From Terriglobia bacterium (lineage in GTDB: Bacteria > Acidobacteriota > Terriglobia > UBA7540 > JAPUME01), in NCBI GenBank assembly GCA_965222885.1, contig OZ244973.1:1398172-1462171 (forward strand): a DNA stretch of 64,000 nucleotides, read 5' to 3'. The translations under genes and the position numbers were made by a program. The notes under the pieces were generated by a model, which searched no databases, had not been told where the DNA came from, and was given only the letters and a program-made list of their open reading frames with translations. Position 1 is the stretch's first letter; every line of letters begins with the position of its first letter. Shown here piece by piece: positions 58,891 to 64,000 of the stretch.

Positions 58891-59104
58891 CTCTATCACC
58901 TGTTTTACAGCCCTCAGGCTGAAGTTCATGGGTGCCGGAAGGTATGGAATATGGCGAACGGACTCTAGCTTTCTAACCCATTCTGCTCTGGCTGGCAAGC
59001 CCTTATTATAAACTTCGGGGTTCATCGGGAAACCGCCGGCGGGCCGAAACCGGTATTGACGTCGGCGAGAAAGGCAGAGATAATGGACCCGTGAGGTTAA
59101 TGAC

Positions 59105-59566
59105 GTGAACTCCTTCCGAAATTTCCTGCGCAAAATTTTCCTGGTGGACCTCTTTGAGGGGTTGGCTCTGACTTTTTCCTATCAGCGGCCCAGCGCCAAT
59201 TATACCGAGCAGTATCCCAAGCAACGTCCGCCCGTGGCGGAGCGTTACCGAGGGGCTCCGCGGCTGAATAACAATCCGGAAACGGATGCGACTCTCTGTA
59301 TCGCCTGCAACCTGTGTACGCTGGCTTGCCCGGAAAATCTGATTGTAGTGGGCTGGGACCGTACGGCCGATCGCAAGAAGGTCCTCACTACGTTCACCTA
59401 CGACTTATCGCGCTGCATGTTCTGTGGCCTCTGCGAGGATGCCTGCCCGGTGGACGCTCTCGAGCTCACGCAGGATTTCGAAATCGCCCACTATTCCCGT
59501 GAGGGTATGATCTGGGATCGCCCCATGTTGGAGGAGGGCCCTCGCCCCACCCGCTACAGTCGCTGA
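59105..59566 (+). CDS. nuoI: NuoI-like 2x[4Fe-4S] ferredoxin subunit (NADH-quinone oxidoreductase subunit I homolog), stand-alone
   Basis: GTG start. LFEGLALTFSYQ..TEQYP, CIACNLCTLACP and CMFCGLCEDACP cluster motifs. Confidence 0.75.
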   Translation: MNSFRNFLRKIFLVDLFEGLALTFSYQRPSANYTEQYPKQRPPVAERYRGAPRLNNNPETDATLCIACNLCTLACPENLIVVGWDRTADRKKVLTTFTYDLSRCMFCGLCEDACPVDALELTQDFEIAHYSREGMIWDRPMLEEGPRPTRYSR

Positions 59567-59677
59567 TTGAATTCCCTCCGCTTGCACGGAATATGCGGAT
59601 CGCCATCCCCGCTCCGCGTCCCGGATTTCCGGGATAAGCCCACCCAGATGGCCTACGCTCTTGCGAGGTCCATTCCT

Positions 59678-59731
59678 CCGCGCGGGTGGAGGACGGGGAC
59701 AGGTCTGCCCCCACCGCGCGGTCTTGCGACC
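59678..59731. terminator. GC-rich long hairpin plus GNRA-type mini-hairpin between convergent nuoI and HU genes
   Basis: CCGCGCGGGTGG...CCACCGCGCGG (59678-59721, one bulge) encloses GGGG..CCCC. It is followed by GGTC-TTGC-GACC (59720-59731). There is no U-tract, so terminator function is an inference. Confidence 0.35.
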
Positions 59732-59732
59732 G

Positions 59733-60029
59733 TTACTTCTTGGGAGGGATTACGGAATCTGTAAATGATTTGGATAGGCGAAACTTGACCACCGTCTTCG
59801 CACGAATTTTGATGGTTTCTCCCGTCTGTGGATTGCGGCCCAAACGGGCTTTGCGCTTGGATTTCGCAGCTTTGCCAATTCCCGGAATCACGAACTGGCC
59901 CGATCTTTTGCATTCCTTGGTCGCCAGCGTTGTCAGTTCTTCCAAAACTCCGGCAACCGCTTTTTTAGAGAGATTGGTTTTCCCGGCCAAGGCCGCTATC
60001 ACCTCGGATTTGGTCATCGTTTCCGCCAT
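59733..60029 (-). CDS. HU/IHF-family DNA-binding protein
   Basis: ATG at 60029 after GGGGAGGAG. MAETMTKSEVIAALAGKTNLSKKAVAGVLEEL ... GRNPQTGETIKIRAKTVVKFR. Confidence 0.85.
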   Translation of the reverse strand: MAETMTKSEVIAALAGKTNLSKKAVAGVLEELTTLATKECKRSGQFVIPGIGKAAKSKRKARLGRNPQTGETIKIRAKTVVKFRLSKSFTDSVIPPKK

Positions 60030-60258
60030 GGATTGCTCCTCCCCTTCGATTGGAATTATGCCGCGTAATCTAAGGGTAAAACGGCGTGCTGTCAAGGAAG
60101 TTTCGCGGCCGGAATAGACTTTCGGCCCGTAAAAATGCGCCTACGAGGGGATGGGGGAAGTAAAAACCACCCGCCGGATTCTCCAGCGTCCCTCTATGCG
60201 GTAGGGAAAATAGGGGGGTGGCCAAGGGGGCGTTGCGCGTCCGGAACAGCGTTTTGTT

Positions 60259-61732
60259 TTAATGCCGTGTCCCCTCCAATTTGTAACGGAAATAATCCCG
60301 GCTTTGGCCGGAACCATGGCCGAAGTAGAACCACTTGGGAAAGTTGAAATCGGAAGTCAACGAGCGGGGCATGATCAAGGCCGCCTGGAGAAAAGCCTCC
60401 AGGTTCGGGACGTCATAGATGTTCACTTCGTAACCCTGCTCCTCCAACCAGGCAACGATTTGGCGCTTTTTCTCCTTCTGCCAACTTACCGAAAGCCGAT
60501 TGATTCCCCATTCGGTCATCGTGCGGAGAATCTCCTGAGCGGTTGAGGGCATGCTGAGAATCAGCGGTGCCAGGAAATTCACCGGAGACTGCCGGATGGC
60601 CCGCGGGTACCGCGCAGCCAGTTCCCGAAAATCGTCCTTTTGCAGGAATTCGATGTTCCCGTTGAACCAGAGTTGGGTGTCCTCGAATCCGATCCGCTCG
60701 ATCAGGGCGAGGACGCGGGGGATGCTTCTTCCTTCTTTGAGATCGAGCTTGACGGCTTTGTCGAGCCGCTTAAACTCCTGCAGGCACTCCTCGAGCGTGA
60801 AGACCTCTTCGGCTTCCGACCAGGGAGTCTGTTCAAACGAGTCGTAGCGGAGCACTAGGCGGTCGATCGGATCCACGCGAATTTCACATTCGCCCCAGTG
60901 AATCGGGGAAGCGAGAAACTGGCGCAGATTGGCCCGATCATTCACCCCATGCCAGGCAAATTGGATGCGACGGGGCAAGTCTTTTTCCGCCATCAGACTC
61001 GTGATGTCATACGAATTGCCGCGCACCGTGCGGGGAGTGCGCAAGCGTTTGGTCTCGAACAAGGTGCTGGCGTGTAGGAACAGGATTTCGTCGTGGGAAT
61101 CCACCTCGGCCATGGCTTTGATGTTCTCCGGCTCGTTGTCCACGGCCGCCAGGACTCGGTATCCCTTCTGCTGGAAATAGAGCACTCCGGCGGCTTTGGC
61201 GGCCGGCACGGCTTCGTCCCACTCCTGCGGATTCATGTAGAGCAATTCCGACTCGAACCGGACACGATACCCTTCCCCCAGAGCGTTGAGGGATCGGAGG
61301 GTGGCCTCGCGAATCGATTCCGGCCGGCCCGTGTTCAGACCTACATGCATCCCCGGCTGGATCTGAAACCAGCGGATGACGTCCATCACGCCGCGATACG
61401 GCTGGTGCGAGGCCAGAATGGAGTCCCGATTCCAGCGTTGATCCAGATACCACCGGAGGACACTCTCTCTTTTTGACTGCGGCAAAAGGCCATTCTTCCA
61501 GGAAGCGGTCCAATTGGTTCTCGTGAACGCGGATATCCTCGACGCTCAATCCATGAAAATACGAAGTGCCATGGGCCCGGTCGTAAGCGAGAAGAACCCA
61601 GCGGGCCATATACCGCATATCGAGGATGGTGCCGTCGATGTCGAAAACGATCATCAAAGGCTCCTCGGAGTATTTCTGCCGCGCCCGGTCAAACCGGTTC
61701 GCGAGGGCCCTCATCCAGTTCCCTGTTTTCAT
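60259..61732 (-). pseudogene. frameshifted HAD-phosphatase / PLC-like (GDPD/menorin-type) phosphodiesterase fusion gene
   Basis: HAD motif I MIVFDIDGTILD is in the 61732-start frame. The rest of the HAD domain (GLNTGRP, VDNEPEN) and the FAWHGVND...ECEIRVDP domain are in the +1 frame, which ends at 60259. Both frames are open across 61460-61547. Confidence 0.6.
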
Positions 61733-61934
61733 GCGCTACCTCGAAACCGCCCCGAAGCTCCTGCCAGTCGGATCCTCGGCAAAAAGCTATTATAAGCCTT
61801 TCGCAATGCCGATAGAAGAGATTCGGGCGGTGCCCTGTTTTGCGGTCGTGATCCGGACTGCCGGGGAGGTTGTCAGAATCCTCTCCAGGGTATTAGAATA
61901 GAGTTCGTATCCTTGAGCTGATGGGGTGCTATTT

Positions 61935-62153
61935 ATGCCGATCTTCGAATACCAATGCCGGGAGTGTGGCACGCAGTTTGAAAGGATTGTGAGCGGCGCC
62001 TCTGAACCGGTAGAATGCACTTCCTGCCAAAGTACGAAGCTGGAAAAGCTCCTGTCTGCTTTTGCGGTGGCGGGTGGGGCGTCGCAGGGTCTTTCCGCCG
62101 AAAGCGGACCCTGTGGTTGTGGAGCCCCCCGGCGCGGCATGTGCGGGGAATAA
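61935..62153 (+). CDS. FmdB-family zinc-ribbon putative regulatory protein
   Basis: MPIFEYQCRECGTQFERIV...VECTSCQSTKLEKLLSAF, the canonical FmdB N-terminus. Confidence 0.7.
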   Translation: MPIFEYQCRECGTQFERIVSGASEPVECTSCQSTKLEKLLSAFAVAGGASQGLSAESGPCGCGAPRRGMCGE

Positions 62154-62221
62154 AACGGCGCTTTCGTCTGCTCGGCGCGCCCTGTTCTGTCTTTCCCGCG
62201 GCTGCGGAAGCGATTTGTAAT

Positions 62222-62239
62222 CCGCCGCCGCCGCCGCCG
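62222..62239. repeat. (CCG)6 trinucleotide microsatellite, intergenic
   Basis: Six perfect CCG units counted directly, between the FmdB-like and GNAT genes. Confidence 0.9.
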
Positions 62240-62299
62240 GCTCGATAGAGTGACAACCCTCACCAAGCCATTTCATCTCTTCGCGTTGCGGGCTGAATA

Positions 62300-63127
62300 A
62301 TGCCTTCCCCCCGGATTCGACCCTTACGCAACCACCAGGAATTTCTGCAATGCGAGCAGATTCAGGAGGCCGTTTGGGGAACGGTCAGTGTGAAACGGGA
62401 GATGCTGATCGTGGTGCGCCAATTCGGCGGGGTGGCCTTAGCCGCCTTCGAGAAGGAAAAAGTGGTCGGCTTCCTCTGCGCGTTCCTCGGCCGGCATCGC
62501 GGCCGCAAAATTCACTGGTCCTTTCAGATGGCGGTCCGGCCCGGCTATCAAGACCGGGGATTGGGTTTCCGGATGAAGTTGGCCCACCGCCGGTTGGCGC
62601 TCGAGCAGGGAATCCGGTCGGTTTATTGGACCTTTGACCCTCTGCAATCCCGCAACGCAGCCCTGAACGTCGGCAGACTGGCAGCCCTGCCCGAAGAATA
62701 TTTTCCCGACTACTACGGACGCTTTCCGAGCCGCATCGAAGCGGGAGTCCCCTCGGACCGGTTCCTGGTTCACTGGCCGATTGCCTCGCGCGCTGTCGAG
62801 CAGCGATTGAAGCGCGAAACCCGACGGCAGTTGGTTCTCGACTCCGTCCCGGCGGTCAATCTGACCGAGACGGACCCCAGAGGATTTCCGGTAAATCGCA
62901 AAATCCTTCTCCGCCTTCCCGGTTCTCACCTTCGCGTCGAGATCCCTCCTGACACGGGCCGAATGCGGCGGCAGGCGCTGGACCTGGCCCTTGCTTGGCG
63001 AAAGGAAACGAGAAGGATTTTTACCCATTATCTGGCGCGTGGTTATCGAATCCAAGATTTCCTGCGCACCGGTCCGGGTCCGCAGGCGTCCTGTTTCTAT
63101 ATGCTCAAACGAAGATCGAGCCGATAG
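62300..63127 (+). CDS. GNAT-superfamily acetyltransferase-like protein (COG3375-like)
   Basis: 275 aa. FQMAVRPGYQDRGLGFRMKLAHR resembles the acetyl-CoA-binding Q/RxxGxG/A motif. Assignment is by pattern only. Confidence 0.55.
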   Translation: MPSPRIRPLRNHQEFLQCEQIQEAVWGTVSVKREMLIVVRQFGGVALAAFEKEKVVGFLCAFLGRHRGRKIHWSFQMAVRPGYQDRGLGFRMKLAHRRLALEQGIRSVYWTFDPLQSRNAALNVGRLAALPEEYFPDYYGRFPSRIEAGVPSDRFLVHWPIASRAVEQRLKRETRRQLVLDSVPAVNLTETDPRGFPVNRKILLRLPGSHLRVEIPPDTGRMRRQALDLALAWRKETRRIFTHYLARGYRIQDFLRTGPGPQASCFYMLKRRSSR

Positions 63128-63268
63128 ACCTGCTCCAGGAATGGATGGCCCGACTCTTTTCCGTTTGCGGGCGATGCCCCTTGGCAAGTTTCCACCCACG
63201 TTGCCAAGGCGCTGAATCTATAGTAAGTATTCGAACAGCATTCAAAACCTTGGATTGAGGTGGGAACC

Positions 63269-64000
63269 ATGATGAGTCGGCGGTCATTTTTTGCGCAGGG
63301 AGGTGTGGGAATGCTCGCTTCGGGCACCTTTGCCGGGGCTGGCCTCGCGGCGTCCCATGAGAAAAAGCCTTACTTTGAATTCCGGATTTTTCGGTTGCAG
63401 ATGGGGTCGCAAGTCTCACGCATGAACCAGTGGGCGGAGAAACGTCTGCAGCCTTTACTCGACCAGCACGGCTTCGGTCCGGTGGGATTCTTCAACGAAA
63501 GGATGGGTCCGCATATTCCGGCCTTCTACGTGCTGCTTACGTATGCGAGCCTGGCCGAGCGGGAGACGCTCTGGAGGCGTGTGATCGAGGACCCCGCCTG
63601 GTCCGGGGCGCTCGACAAACTCGAGGCCGGTTCCGAGCCTCCCTACTACCGCGCCGACGGCTGGCTGCTTCAGGCGACCGATTATTCTCCCCAGCTCAGG
63701 CCGACCTCGGGTGAGGGCACCCAGCGCATCTATGAGTTGCGCATCTACGAATCACCCACCGAAAAGCAGCTCCGGGCCCTTCACGAGCGGTTTGCCGGGC
63801 CTGAAATTCCCATCTTTCATCGCAGCGGCGTTCATCCTGTCCTATACGCCGATACGGTTATAGGTCCCAACATGCCGAACCTGACCTATTTGACTCCCTT
63901 TGCGAGTCTCGCTGGTCGGGAGAAGGCATGGCAGGCGTTTGGTAACGACCCGGAATGGCCACCGGCGCTGGAGGCTTCCATCCGCCGCTCCGGCGAGATC
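63269..64000 (+). CDS. Tat-signal NIPSNAP-domain protein (two NIPSNAP repeats), C-terminus runs off the window
   Basis: Own translation; not in the track because it is open at the edge. MMSRRSFFAQGGVGMLASG is a twin-arginine signal. YFEFRIFRLQ and IYELRIYESP start two NIPSNAP-like modules. 732 nt is 244 codons with no stop. Confidence 0.7.
   Translation, partial: MMSRRSFFAQGGVGMLASGTFAGAGLAASHEKKPYFEFRIFRLQMGSQVSRMNQWAEKRLQPLLDQHGFGPVGFFNERMGPHIPAFYVLLTYASLAERETLWRRVIEDPAWSGALDKLEAGSEPPYYRADGWLLQATDYSPQLRPTSGEGTQRIYELRIYESPTEKQLRALHERFAGPEIPIFHRSGVHPVLYADTVIGPNMPNLTYLTPFASLAGREKAWQAFGNDPEWPPALEASIRRSGEI

Noticed and set aside
60228-60258. Plus-strand hairpin plus TTTTGTTTT (a possible terminator of an sRNA in the HU upstream spacer).
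   Set aside because: The stem needs a G-U pair and is only 5 bp. No promoter is evident for a plus-strand transcript. Too weak to report as a feature.

Overview
GC-rich bacterial chromosomal segment. The protein families (bbp2-type porin, CarboxypepD_reg proteins, LysM lytic transglycosylase) suggest an Acidobacteriota-like soil bacterium, but that is a low-confidence inference.

Most of the window is housekeeping:
- larB, an MltD-like LysM lytic transglycosylase and gmhB
- a Bacillus-order purQ-purL-purF-purM-purN block, then tyrS
- pcm, a Bacillus-type thiF, a GGDEF cyclase and pruA
- a def-fmt-(small secreted ORF)-rsmB-PASTA cluster
- aroC, a KefB-like CPA2 antiporter, thiG and dtd
- a large nitrogen block on the minus strand (glnD, P-II, amt, P-II, glnA) with a divergent second glnA
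- a porin, an orphan sugar-binding lipoprotein, an orphan nuoI-like ferredoxin, HU, FmdB, a GNAT and a NIPSNAP protein

Two accessory patches stand out:
1. 32.06-41.72 kb is an integrase/excisionase island bounded by imperfect 24-bp direct repeats. It lies beside an orphan tRNA 3'-half-like element. It carries a decaying glycan cassette (SAM methyltransferase, sulfotransferase, sugar-transferase stub, Wzx, GT, Wzy-like stub, NDP-sugar dehydrogenase) between two different IS3-family remnants.
2. 53.97-57.68 kb holds an IS256 transposase remnant abutting a thermonuclease stub, a porin with a clear sigma70 promoter, and a RelE/ParE-XRE toxin-antitoxin pair plus a ParB-domain stub bracketed by about 57-bp direct repeats.

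Three ORFs missing from the supplied track were found by hand translation. Two are edge-truncated genes at 1-825 (minus) and 63269-64000 (plus). The third is a 55-aa LysW-like zinc-ribbon gene at 17973-18140.

I saw no rRNA, no CRISPR array and no tRNA I could fold. I did not recognise a clear multi-gene novel defence or other system. The best follow-up candidates are:
- the island and its sulfotransferase cargo
- the repeat-bracketed TA cassette
- the orphan LysW-like gene
- the NucS-like/PD-(D/E)xK-tailed protein next to the island
- the def 3' tandem duplication
- a frameshifted HAD/phosphodiesterase fusion

All calls rest on reading motifs by eye. No database search or alignment tool was run.
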